Shown here piece after piece: positions 34,983 through 48,400 of a stretch of 64,000 nucleotides of DNA (positions are counted from its first letter, which is position 1; each line of letters starts with the position of its first letter). This DNA is from Leucoraja ocellata (taxonomy: Eukaryota). The notes beneath the pieces were generated by a model. The model was not told the DNA's origin. It worked only from the letters and a program-made list of their open reading frames with translations, and ran no database searches. Position numbers and translations under genes: made by a program. The DNA is taken from positions 6,448,001 through 6,512,000 of the forward strand of contig JAWMAR010000010.1 of NCBI GenBank assembly GCA_036785375.1, written 5' to 3'.

Positions 34983-36256
34983 GCATTCTCTCTCCCTCTC
35001 TCCATCTCTCCCCCACCTAAGTCGCAGTTTATTCCAAATCATCTTCTTCAGTCTCATAGTCTACAAGTCGTACAAACCTAAGAAACTTTTTTACATATCT
35101 TAGAAACACAAAAACATAGAACAATAGGTGCAGGTGTAGGCGATTCGGCTCCGCCAGCCAATATGATGACTGCAGATCATCTAAAATCAGTACCCCGTTC
35201 CTGATTTTTACACATATCCTAGATTCCTATTGCTCTAAGAGCACAATCTCTTTTGAAAACTTCGAGTGAATTGACCTCCATTCCCTGTGGCAGATAATTC
35301 CACAGGATCACAAATAACTGGGTGAAAATATTTTTCCTCATCCCGGTCCTAAATGGGCTCTCCTTATTCTAAAATTGGGACCTCTAGTTTTGGACTTCAT
35401 CAACATCGGGAACATTTTACATGCATGCAACCTGTCCAATCATTTAACAAGGTTATATAGTTCTATAAGATCGCCTTCCATCCTTGTAATCTCCAGGAAA
35501 TACAAGCCCAGTTCACCCATTATTTTGTCATATGTCAGTCCCGCCATACCCGGAATTGACCCCACAGCCACTTGCTCCTATACTCATCCTCTCGCAATGA
35601 AGGCCAACATGCCATTAGATTTCATCACTGCCTGCTGTACATGCACGCTCACGTTCAATGACGGATGGACAAGCACACCCAGGTTTTGTTGCACCTCCAC
35701 TTTTCAAAATCTGACAACATAACGATAGTAACCTCGTCCAAATCCTTAATATATATTGTAAATAACTGGGACCCAGCACCAGTACCCCACTAGTCCCTGC
35801 ATTCTTTCATTCGTCTATTCTATATGTCCCAACATCACCGTCTGGATATGTCGGTTCCATTTCTCCTCGCTCTCCTGTCAGAAGCACACTGCGAACCTGA
35901 TCAAGTTCAGTGCCATTGTTTCCTCGCTGATCTTCTGCACATAGACGTTAGAGAAATAGTGTAGAAACAGGCCATTTGGTCCACTGAGGTGGTATCCAGG
36001 TGGAGTACTGGTGCTGGGACCCAGTTATTTACAATATATATTAAGGATTTGAGCGAGGTTACTATCGTTATGGTGTCAGATTTGGGAAAGGGGAGGTGCA
36101 ACGTAACCTGGGTACACTGGGTCGTACCCAGCGTTCACTTCGTACACTTACACTGTCCTACACACTTGGAACAATGTTAAATTTACAGATATCAATTATC
36201 TACCAACCTGTACATATTTGGAAGGCATTGGAATGGAATGGAATGATTTATTGGCA

Positions 36257-38658
36257 CATATAACCATATAACCATATAACAATTACAGCACGGAAACAGG
36301 CCATCTCGGCCCTACAAGTCCATGCCCAACAAATTCTTTTCCCCCTTAGTCCCACCTGCCTGCACTCATACCATAACCCTCCATTCCCTTCTCATCCATA
36401 TGCCTATCCAATTTATTTTTAAATGATACCAATGAACCTGCCTCCACCACTTCCACTGGGAGCTCATTCCACACCGCCACCACTCTCTGCGCAAAGAAGT
36501 TCCCCCTCATATTACCCCTAAATTTCTGTCCCTTAATTCTGAAGTCATGTCCTCTTTTTTGAATCTTCCCTATTCTCAAAGGGAAAAGCTTGTCCACATC
36601 AACTCTGTCTATCCCTCTCATCATTTTAAAGACCTCTATCAGGTCCCCCCTTAACCTTCTGCGCTCCAGAGAATAAAGACCTAACTTATTCAACCTATCT
36701 CTGTAACTTAGTTGTTGAAACGCAGGCAACATTCTAGTAAATCTCCTCTGTACTCTCTCTATTTTGTTGACATCCTTCCTATAATTGGGCGACCAAAATT
36801 GTACACCATACTCCAGATTTGGTCTCAGCAATGCCTTGTACAATTTTAACATTACATCCCAGCTTCTATACTCAATGCTCTGATTTATAAAGGCTAGCAT
36901 ACCAAAAGCTTTCTTTACCACCCTATCTATATGAGATTCCACCTTCAAGGAACTATGAACGGTTATACCCAGATCCCTCTGTTCAACTGTATTCTTCAAT
37001 TCCCTACCATTTACCATGTACGTCCTATTTTGATTTGTCCTGCCAAGGTGTAGCACCTCACATTTATCAGCATTAAACTCCATCTGCCATCTTTCAGCCC
37101 ATTTTTCCAAATGGCCTAAATCACTCTGTAGACTTTGGAAATCCTCTTCATTATCCACAACACCCCCTATCTTGGTATCATCTGCATACTTACTAATCCA
37201 ATTTACCACACCTTCATCCAGATCATTGATGTACATGACAAACAACAAAGGACCCAACACAGATCCCTGAGGCACCACACTAGTCACCTGCCTCCAACCG
37301 GATAAACATCCATCCACCATTACCCTCTGGCTTCTCCCATTCAGCCACTGTTGAATCCATCAACATGGATTTGTGCCTGGAAGGTCTTGTTTAACTAATC
37401 TTCTTGAATTTTTTGAAGATGTTACACGGGAAATTGATGAGGATAACGCAGTGGATGTTGTGTATATGGACTTCAGTAAGGCCTTTGACAAGGTTCCTCA
37501 TGGAAGGTTGGTTAAGAAGGTTCAATGGTTGGTTATTAATGGTGGAGTAGCAAGATGGATTCAACAGTGGCTGAATGGGAGATGCCAGAGAGTAATGGTG
37601 GATGGTTGTTTGTCAGGTTGGAGGCCAGTGACGAGTGGGGTGCCACAGGGATCTGTGTTGGGTCCACTGTTTTTTGTCATGTACATCAATGATCTGGATG
37701 ATGGTGTGGTAAATTGGATTAGTAAGTATGCAGATGATACTAAGATAGGTGGGGTTGCGGGTAATGAAGTAGAGTTTCAAAGTCTACAGAGAGATTTATG
37801 CCAGTTGGAAGAGTGGGCTGAAAGATGGCAGATGGAGTTTAATGCTGATAAGTGTGAGGTGCTACATCTTGGCAGGACAAATCAAAATAGGACGTACATG
37901 GTAAATGGTAGGGAATTGAAGAATGTAGGTGAACAGAGGGATCTGGGAATAACTGTGCACAGTTCCCTGAAAGTGGAATCTCATGTAGATAGGGTGGTAA
38001 AGAAAGCTTTTGGTGTGCTGGCCTTAATAAATCAGAGCATTGAGTATAGAAGTTGGGATGTAATGTTAAAATTGTACAAGGCATTGGTGAGGCCAATTCT
38101 GGAGTATGGTGTACAATTTTGGTCTCCTAATTATAGGAAGGATGTCAACAAAATAGAGAGAGTACAGAGGAGATTTACTAGAATGTTGCCTGGGTTTCAG
38201 CAACTAAGTTACAGAGAAAGGTTAAACAAGTTAGGGCTTTATTCTTTGGAGCGCAGAAGGTTAAGGGGGGACGATAGAGGTTTTTAAAATGATGAGAGGG
38301 ATAGACAGAGTTGACGTGGAAAAGCTTTTCCCACTGAGAGTAGGGAAGATTCAAACAAGGGGACATGACATGAGAATTAAGGGACTGAAGTTTAGGGGTA
38401 ACATGAGGGGGAACTTCTTTACTCAGAGAGTGGTAGCTGTGTGGAATGAGCTTCCAGTGAAGGTGGTGGAGGCAGGTTCGTTTTTATCATTTAAAAATAA
38501 ATTGGATAGTTATATGGATGGGAAGGGAATGGAGGGTTATGGTCTGAGCGCAGGTATATGGGACTAGGGGAGATTATGTGTTCGGCACGGACTAGAAGGG
38601 TCGAGATGGCCTGTTTCCGTGCTGTAATTCTTATATGGTTATTATATGATTATATGGT
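36257..38658. mobile_element. Head-to-head CR1 pair, copy 3
   Basis: ORFs 36346-37320(-), 37373-38287(+) and 38289-38567(+). Confidence 0.95.
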
Positions 38659-38733
38659 AATATACGTGACCCATGTTAAGTTAATCACCTGTTTCGCATA
38701 TTGATGTCCACCTCAAATGATGTTGTCAAACGC

Positions 38734-39561
38734 TGACAGGAGGAGGAATACAGGAACTTGACCAGTGCCTTCTGTGCCTGGAGTGAAGAGAACTGTCACA
38801 TCCTGAACACAACTAAGACTAAAGAGATGGGTGTTAACTTTGGCAGGTCCAAGCTCCCCCTTCAGCCGGTCAACGCTGCTGGGGCTGACATTGAGGTGGT
38901 GCAGACATATAAATACTTTGGAGTGCACCTTGATAACAAATTGGACTGGTCTGTCAACTCTGACTCCCTCTACAAAAAAGGCCAGAGCAGACTCTCTTTC
39001 CTCAGAAGGCTCAAACCCTTCAATGTGTGTAGTGATATGCTGCACATGTTTTACAACACTGTGGTTGCAAGTGTCATTTTCTACGCTGTTGTCTGATGGG
39101 GCAACAACATTAGTGAAAAAAACAACAAGAAGCTGGACAAACTGGTTAAACGAGCTAGCTCAGTGCTGGAGGGGAGAGTAGACTCTGGGATGGATGTGCT
39201 TGAGAGGCGTATGAGGCACAAGGTGAAGGTCCTCCTGAAAAACCCCGGGCATCCCCTCCATGTAATTCTGGAGAGTCAAAAGAGCACTCGGAACAACAAC
39301 CGGCTCCCCTCCCTGCCCTGCAGAACGGAGCAGTTCAGGAGATCCTTCACCCCTGCAGCCATTAGATTTTATAATTCGGACCGCTAGGCTGTAGGGGGAT
39401 ACATTTTTGCAATTTTTAATTTTAAATTGTTAATTATTGGTCTTTTTAAGTATTTATTGCTCTCAGGTAGTGTCCACGGTGTATTCTATGTATTTTCTGT
39501 CTGCGTTCGTTTTGAATCTGTGAGTTTGTTGGTTGGGGGCTTTTGGACATCTGAATTTCCC
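38734..39561 (+). mobile_element. Rex/Babar LINE (unit B copy, premature TGA at 39094-39096)
   Basis: ORFs 38758-39096 and 39163-39387. Confidence 0.85.
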
Positions 39562-39782
39562 NNNNNNNNNNNNNNNNNNNNNNNNNNNNNNNNNNNNNNN
39601 NNNNNNNNNNNNNNNNNNNNNNNNNNNNNNNNNNNNNNNNNNNNNNNNNNNNNNNNNNNNNNNNNNNNNNNNNNNNNNNNNNNNNNNNNNNNNNNNNNNN
39701 NNNNNNNNNNNNNNNNNNNNNNNNNNNNNNNNNNNNNNNNNNNNNNNNNNNNNNNNNNNNNNNNNNNNNNNNNNNNNNNNNN
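39562..39782. other. N-run (221 nt) at the Rex/Babar 3' tail
   Basis: Same flanks as 11646-11773. Confidence 0.9.
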
Positions 39783-42700
39783 TGGAGAATTCCGTTCAAA
39801 TATCCGTCCGAATCACTTCACATATTTAAATGACGGCTGTGAATGGAGATGCCAGGAATGGTCTTGTGGTATAATTACTGAGGCTTGTTTTAATTGGTCT
39901 TGTTGTATCCGCAGCAAGCGTGAAGACTGATCCATCCGTGGAAGCTGAGCAGACCAGTGTTCCGACTGCAATATAACCTGCCTCGCAATGAAGTCAGCCG
40001 ATCCCACCTGCTTTTGCGGTCCGGCTGATTTTGTCGACCTTTGGTTGTCAATCATACTAATTATCCGACTCGCTTAATATAATAAAATGCAGTACTTCTA
40101 GTTCAAAGGAAAGGTTCTGTACACCGAGAGGGTTTGATATCGGGATTATGCTAGGAAACAAAGTGGTGGAAATGAGATACAACAACATATACAATAGACG
40201 TTTAGACGCATGAACAAGCCCTTAATTCGGAAATAGTTGGAAGGATGGGCAAAGTGCTGCAAATTCCCAGTTGGTTAGAAGGGGACCGGGCATGAAGCGT
40301 CACCTATCCACGTCCTACAGAGTTGCTGCCTGATCCACTGACTTGCGCAAGCACATCGTGTCTATCTTTGGTAAACACCGGCATCAGCAGTTCCCTCTTA
40401 TTACAAGTTGGAAGGATATGGATCTAATTGAGGCCAACGGGATGCATGTACATAGACAAAGATGTTCATATCGACATGTGTGTCCGAAGGCCCAATTTCT
40501 TCACTGTACAATTCTCTGACCCATTGACTCCAGAAGCATGTCCAAACCTCCCTGCTGTGGCAACCCCTGGATCCTGACTAATTTATTTCTAGTCCCTTTC
40601 TTCGTAGTGCTCTGCTTATTAAATCTCAAATAATGCATTTAACACGTAGTGAAGACAATCTTATAATTAATGCAGTTTGCTTAAATTAAAATATTAACAA
40701 CCTTCGAAGTAAATTTTAATGGAAGTGCGATAAATCGAAAATGCTAATTAAATTCACTTATACAATGCATAACTTTAATCTTGAATTCAATATGCTGTGT
40801 ATATATGTATAAAACTCTCAATATATTTGAATGGGAGAGCAACATGGAACAACGTGTAAAGTGGTCATTAAATTCAGCTATACAATAATTATTCGATTTG
40901 CTTTATTTTTGTATTAATACAATGACGTTCTGAATTGCTTGTAACCTTTCCAAAGGACCATTCGGCCCATTGGGTCCATGGCCACATCGAGCATTTGACT
41001 CATCTCCACCTGTTTCTCTGTTACCTGTTATCTTGCACAAATCTCAGTCCATTTCCCCGCCATTCTCCAGCCAATCACCGTAGCGCTTGATCTTGGTTTA
41101 GAGATACAGCATGGAAACTCCTTCGGTTCACAGAATCCACGTCCACCATCGATCTCCCGTTCACACGAGCCCTATGTTATCCTATTTACTCATCCACCTC
41201 GCTGTACACTAGGTGAAATAGACAAAGGCCAATTGATCTACAGGCCCGCACGGTCTTGGGATGTGGTAGAAGCCGGGTCTCCCGGAGAAAATCCTCCCGG
41301 TCACGGGCAGAACAGCACAGACAGGAGCTCAGGTTGACAAGTTGGTGCCTGATTTTACAATCATGGAACATGCAAACAGGCCTTTCGGCCCCACTCGTTG
41401 ATGTTGCCCAAGATGCCCCACCTAATTTGGACCCATTTGCCTGCGTTTGACGCATTATCCTTCTAAATATGTTCTACCCATTGACCCATCAATCACTCAC
41501 CCTTTCATATATTAGTCGTTTGTGTTTCCCAGGCTGAGCAGGTACTATGGGAATACGGAACCCTAGTGTTTAAAGGGAGCGTGGGACCCGTACCCGGTTA
41601 AAATAAAGGAACACACAAACCCGGGGCCTGTTTGTCAGAGGTATTACAAAAATGTGGGTCTTGGTGTGTTAACAAACTTTGACCTCTAAACGAAACAAAG
41701 CAAATTCCCAATCAAACTCAAATCACTAATCCCGTGTAAATCCAGTCACACATGTGCCTGTCCCAACCAGACCTTATGCTTTAGAGATATAGCGTGGATA
41801 CAGGCCCTGCGGCCCATCGCGTCCCCGCCGACCAGTGAACCCGGTATTAGCACTATCCTGCACATCGGAGGAAACTAACTCGGTCACAGGGAGAACATAC
41901 AAACTCCGTACTGACAGCACGCATAGTCAGGATGGAACGTGTCGCTGTAAGGCAGCAACTCCACTGTTGCTCCACTGTGCCGCCTCAAACTCTTCTTCAA
42001 ACTTCCGTAGATGCAGTGACATTCCCCCCTCTGTCACTGGATCGTTCACTTTCTGACCCATGGACCACAAGCAGCGAACATAGGCGACAAAATATGCTCC
42101 ACAATAATTCTCAACACAGGCGTCCCACAAGGATGTATTGGTATTCCCTACTATTCTCCCCATAGTCGCGGTTGTGCGGACAAACTCTGCTCTGGATCAT
42201 CTACCGTTGTAAACCGTTGTTGGGGGACGATAAACCGTTGTAGTGGGACGATGTCAAACAATGATGAGATGGTGTACAGAATGGAGATAGAGAGCGTAGT
42301 AAAACAAGCCCCCCCCCCCCCCCCCCCCCCCCCCCCCGCAATATGAACAACACAAATGAGCGGAAGGTTTCCGACTCGACATGTCAGCTATCCACGTCGT
42401 CCACAGATGCTGCATGAGCCGCTGGAAGTAGTTGAGGGATTTCGGTTCCTTAGAGAGCATCGCCAGTAATGTGGCCTGGACCAACCACACTGAAGCTACA
42501 GCCAAAAAGCTGATATTTTACTTCCTCGGAGGCTGAAACAAGTACACCATGTCCGCAATAACAACCCACAGGGTGGTATGAGCCTGGATGGTTCTGCTTG
42601 GCATAATGCTGGAGGCTAATGCCATAGTGGTATTCAGGAGGCTTGTGGATAGGCAGGTGGGTATGCAGGCAATGGAGGGATATGAATTAAGAGCTGGCTG

Positions 42701-44386
42701 GTTAGAGTAGGTCTTGGCATCGTGTGCAGCACAAACATCTAAATCCCATTCTCCCGCCTTCTCCCCATAACCCACGACACTCGTACTAATTAGAATCTAT
42801 CAATCTCCGCCTTCAATATATCAATTGAAATTCATCTAGAGGCTTTCTAGAGGTACTTGCGTTTATTCTGATGCGAAGGCATCTGGTTCTAGTCTCTCCC
42901 ACTAGCGGAAACATCCTCTCCACATCCACTCTATTCAAGTATTTCGCTATTCGGTCAGTCTCAATGAAGTACCCCCTCATCCTTCTAGACTTCCCGTTTC
43001 CTATTTACCCGCTGTTTTCAGATTGTTGAACGATTGTCCCACATACTAAGGTTTAGTCCCGCGACTAAGGGTTAGTCCCGATCTTACAACCTAGCTTTAT
43101 GTGGGCATATTATCTGGAATTGTAATCCTACAATGCTCTAAAACTATATTCTGCGCTCTGGTATATTTCTCTCCGAACGACCCATTGCATTTATATATGG
43201 CTTGGTTTTACTTGTTTTCGATGATTTCGTTTGACTGGATAGCACACAAACAAAAAACTATTCACGGTATCTCGGTAGACATTACAATAAAAAACCATAT
43301 CAACATCTCAATGGCCATTGTTTCTCGACCCCAGTTCTCCTGCCAACCGCCACCACGTTTCAGCTCAATCAAAGCCCCTTCCATACTGCCCGCCATTATA
43401 CTCTACCACCATACTGTCCACCAGTCACTGCTATCCCCCGATCGGAGGTTGCAGGTGGTTGCCGGAGGTTGCAGGTAGTGGAAGCAGGTAGGGAGACTGA
43501 CAAAAACCTCCGGGAACCGCACGGAAACCTTGGGTGGGGCGCAAATTCTCCAGAGGTTTCCGTTCAGGTTTCCTAAGTTTGAAAAGAGAAAATGATATAT
43601 AGTCTTTAACATCTAATCTCGGAGCTGCCTGCGATCACTTACCGAGTACAAGTGTTCCGATGGCGGGGCCTATGTACTTAACATAGAGAAGCCGCAGTCT
43701 CAATTAAGAAGCGGACGATTCGCGAACGCGGAGCCGCGGAGTGTGTTTGTATCATCTCCGCGCGGCAGGGGGGGGGGGGGGGGGGGGGAGGCTTTACACA
43801 GTGCTGTCCGCTATGGCAGTTTCCAGGCTCCGACCACGGGAGAAAAACGGATGAATATTCATTGCACTTTAACGGCTGCCATTTGAGTGAGAAATGGCTG
43901 ATGTTTATGTAGAAATTAATTGGTGTATGTGAACGTGAACTTGATCTAATTTATCTATGGTAGTAACAGTGTTATTCTCATTAACATTAAGAAGAGGTTG
44001 AAAATTTCTGAATTGAAGTCCATGCAGACTTAATGACCATGAGATGTTTTTCTTGTAGCCTCTGCCTGATCCTCCACTTGAACTTGATCTAACTTATCAA
44101 TGGACTTAGCAAAACTTATCAAAAGACTTGGAATCTGATGAAGAATATTCAGATGAAGATCAGATGTAATGTAAACAAATAAATTGGGGAAATAAATGAT
44201 TATATAAAGTTTTATTTTAGTGTCGATCGTTTCACTGTTTAGTTGGTTAAATTATTTAAACAATGAGTGAATTACGTATGATCATGGCATGCTGGTGAAT
44301 GACAGTGCAACAGTCCACCCACTCATCCACACATACATATACACATCCACACACACATATCCATCCGTACGTGCACTTCCATGCAT

Positions 44387-44428
<42 letters not shown>

Positions 44429-44728
44429 GTGGTGGGCCTGATGTGCCCCGCGGGCCATATTTTGGAGACTCCTGCCTTACATGAACTAAACGAAAATGTA
44501 AAGAAGTACAAACATTGATGACTTTATTGTTGTGATAAGTATAGATCTATTTAAAACAATCTAATAACTTTCTAATGTACGGACAAAGTCTACCTTCCCA
44601 AGTGGCGTATCTTGTTCCGCTCCATGTCTGTGCCGCCGCTGCTGAAACTAGCTAACGTGGAGGGAGAGTGAGGTAGCGTCAATTACGTCAATACGTAATT
44701 GACGGTCGCTCTTCCTCCACTGGGCTCA

Positions 44729-45499
44729 TAGAAACATAGAAACATAGAAATTAGGTGCAGGAGTAGGCCATTCGGCCCTACGAGCCTGCACCGCCATTCA
44801 ATATGATCATGGCTGATCATCCAACTCAGTACCCCGTACCTGCCTTCTCTCCATACCCTCTGATCCCCTTGGCCACAAGGGCCACATCTAACTCCCTCTT
44901 AAATATAGCCAATGAACTGGCCTCAACTACCCTCTGTGGCAGAGAGTTCCAGAGATTCACCACTCTCTATGTGAAACAAGTTCTCCTCATCTCGGTTCTA
45001 AAGGATTTCCCCCTTATCCTTAAGCTGTGACCCCTTGTCCTGGACTTCCCCAACATCGGGAACAATCTTCCTGCATCTAGCCTGTCCAACCCCTTAAGAA
45101 TTTTGTAAGTTTCTATAAGATCCCCTCTCAATCTCCTAAATTCTAGAGAGTATAAACCAAGTCTATCCAGTCTTTCTTCATAAGACAGTCCTGACATCCC
45201 AGGAATCAGTCTGGTGAACCTTCTCTGCACTCCCTCTATGGCAATAATGCCCTTCCTCAGATTTGGAGACCAAAACTGCACGCAATACTCCAGGTGTGGT
45301 CTCACCAAGACCCTGTACAACTGCAGTAGAACCTCCCTGCTCCTATACTCAAATCCTCTTGCTATGAAAGCCAACATACCATTTGCTTTCTTTACTGCCT
45401 GCTGCACCTGCATGCCTACCTTCAATGACTGGTGTGCCATGACACCCAGGTCTCGCTGTATCTCCCCCTTTCCCAATCGGCCACCATTTAGATAATAAT
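44729..45499 (-). mobile_element. Young 5'-truncated CR1 insertion specific to unit B, with 6-bp TSD GGCTCA
   Basis: TSD at 44723-44728 and 45500-45505; (catagaaa)n tail; ORF 44967-45506(-) has [13 protein letters not shown]. Empty site ctgggctcaagacac in units A (~16590) and C (~63068). Confidence 0.95.
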
Positions 45500-48400
45500 G
45501 GCTCAAGACACGCCCCCTTGTGAGGCAGATGTGATCGCTGCCTCCCCTGGAGCTTTGTCAATGCAGTTTTATGTGAGACCAGCAAGCACAAATTTAATAT
45601 ATTTATATGTGAAATACGTTACATGGACTATAGAAGGTAAGGACATGTAATGAAGGGGTTTACAAACATTACTTTGGTGACATGCATGGAGATGGTAACA
45701 GGCACACGCTTATTGCACGCGCTCCATGCAGTTTCTAAGGGGTTGCGCAATCAGTTCGCCGCTGCCTCACCTCCCATCTCTCCATGTATTTGCAGCGGAG
45801 CTGCGCAAATTTGGCGATTTTTACTATAAAAAAAGATTATATTAATATAAAAATTACATTTATAACAGTGGAAAAATCTTTAAATTTATTTTATTTTATT
45901 ATTATTTTTCTTTACTTTACTTAACAGCTATTTTCATTGGGCGTATGACAGGTGAGGCTCTGCCTCCCTTGCCTCCCCTGTGGGCACGTCCCTGAAGACA
46001 AGAAAACACGCTTAGCTAGAGTAGAAAAAGTGAAATATGGGCCGGAATGAAATCTTTCAATAATCTCCAAGATACCGCCCTCTGCAAAGAGCGGTGTTCG
46101 CCATCTGCTCCAAGGAGCAGACGACTGGAGCTGTCCCGGTATAGTGATCCCCGTGACACAAAACCATCTCCTCCCCACCCTACTCCGGTGTCAGAGCGAT
46201 GGGGATCCTTTTAGCTTGTACCCTGTGTCTCTGTATATGCCCAGAGTACGGCTCACACACTTCCACATTGTTCCGGTTTAGTATAAATTTGTCCCAGGCT
46301 ATTTTTTAAATGAACTTGAATCACCATCCGAGTTCAGTTGCTCGCCTCTGATGCCTATTCATCTCTCCCAGTGTATAATCGCCAGGCGTCTTCAGGCAAT
46401 CGGTGACCCAGAGTCCGACAGGGGTGACCGGGCAGTTTGTCAGCCCTTTACGATCTCCTGCCGCTTTCGGATTTGTTCGCTAAGTTCATACCGTTTTAAC
46501 TCTGGACCCGTGTTCTAACAGACCCAGACCGTGGAAGAGCTGCAGCGGGTCATCGTGGGGGGGGGGGGGGTCGTATCGACCAATAAAGCGGACATGACCT
46601 TTACGCTGGAAATTCGGGACATGAGAGTTGGTGACTGAGCCAACTATCAATGTCAAGTTGCAGATAGCTGGACCGTATGGGGTTAGGGTATGCACATTGG
46701 AATGGAAGGGCGCATTTAAACGCTATATGATCAGAATCGGCCATCAGAATTAAAGGATTGTTGTATTAGTAACCTTGCTATCAAGTTCAATTTCATTGTA
46801 ATTTTCTCTTTCTAATTTATTTAACTGCCGTTTGGTTCCGACGTTCCTGATATTAACCGTGTCTAAACCATTTTATTAACCCATTGAGAGCTCCGTTCCT
46901 CGATGGGAACAAAATCATCCACTAGGCGTTTGGGAAACACGGAATATTATTTGTTCTTCTGAAGCACTGGAATAATTGGGCAGCGTTTCCTGTTGCTTTC
47001 CGGGTAAAATGGGGTGAGGACTTTCTTTTACCGGGAAGACTGAGGGCTAGATCACTGTGTATGACTGCCATGCTTACTATAAAAATGGAGCGGGGTCAAG
47101 CATGATTTTCACGCCGGAGAGCATCCTAAAAGCGCTCTTTATATCCATTGCCCAGGAATAATCAGTGTAGTCGAAAATTGGGATCGTGTGACATCAATGT
47201 CCGTCTAAGTGAAGCAACCCCAATTTCTAAATTCATCTTGCAAAATGGCCCATGGCAGAGGGCGACAGGTCTGGTGTGAGATCCGAGACAGCAGACTGGT
47301 GCACTTCTGAATCAGAAGGGTTGTGGATTTTGATGAACAATAAATGACAGACTTGTCAGCCATGCACGCATACTAGTAAATGGATAAAATAAACGGAGCA
47401 CCAGACTGTTGGGGTGCACACTGATGTGCGTCGCAAGTGTTAATGAACAGAAAATGATGGGCTTATACGAGTTCCCCAGATGGGGTTGTTTGGGGAACGG
47501 GGAAGACATACCGACTCTGAACGTTCTCAAATCCAAGAGATTTCTGATATGAGGGGTGTCCAATGGGGAACGGTTTTAGGATGGGTCCACGTGCTCTATG
47601 AGTGTGAGAATACCAGATGCAATCTCTTTATTGTTTACAATCCACAGAGCAAAGTTGATAGGGCAGACGTTGAGCTGTGCGTCAGTCGGAAATCCCCGCG
47701 AAAACAGCACAGACTCAAAGCAACTGACAACTGAGTGCGGGAATAATTTTCAGGAGGGGAAAATATGAACTGTAGGAAGCGAGAGGCGAGGGGGGAAGTA
47801 CAACGGGATCTGAGGGACCTTGTTCATCAGTCAATGAAAGTAAGCATGTAGGTACAACAGGCAGTGAAGAAAGCGAATGGCGCGTTGGTCTTCGTAACAA
47901 GAGGAGTTGAGTACAATACTTAAATACTTCAACAATAAGAACAAACGTTTCCTGACATTTGTAGCGAACAGAATCTCTGTTTGATCGGACATGGGGGTAG
48001 AAGTATCATCCTGTCAAAACTTTGGACTTTTGTGTTTTGGACTATATACTGGGTATCATGCCTGATGTTAAGGGTTTTAAGCGTACAGTACTAAGAATAA
48101 GAATAACGTTTAATAAGATGAATAACCAAGTTATGCTTGCTTCTAGAACGCGAAGGTGAAGATGGAAGAATAGCTAAAGAATTCTGAATGCTGATATATC
48201 ATGGATGCTATTTTTTGATTTTTGAAATATGTTAATGTTTTATTGCTACCTTTTTAAATATATTGCTACCTTTTTAAATATATTTTGTTAATTGCCTCGT
48301 TATATACTCAGAACAATTAGGGGCCGATATGTAGTAGTCATTTAGCTAAACTCAGTATGTTATAACTAGAATTAGTTACCTTTAACTTTTATCTGCCTGT

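Larger units (their letters stand above)
23790..39017 (+). repeat. Tandem triplication: 23790-28835 (5046 bp), 28836-33971 (5136 bp), 33972-39017 (5046 bp)
   Basis: ORFs recur at 24469/29515/34651, 26164/31300/36346 and 27191/32327/37373. Junction ggctcaaacc|tacgatgcc at 28835/6 and 33971/2. Confidence 0.97.
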
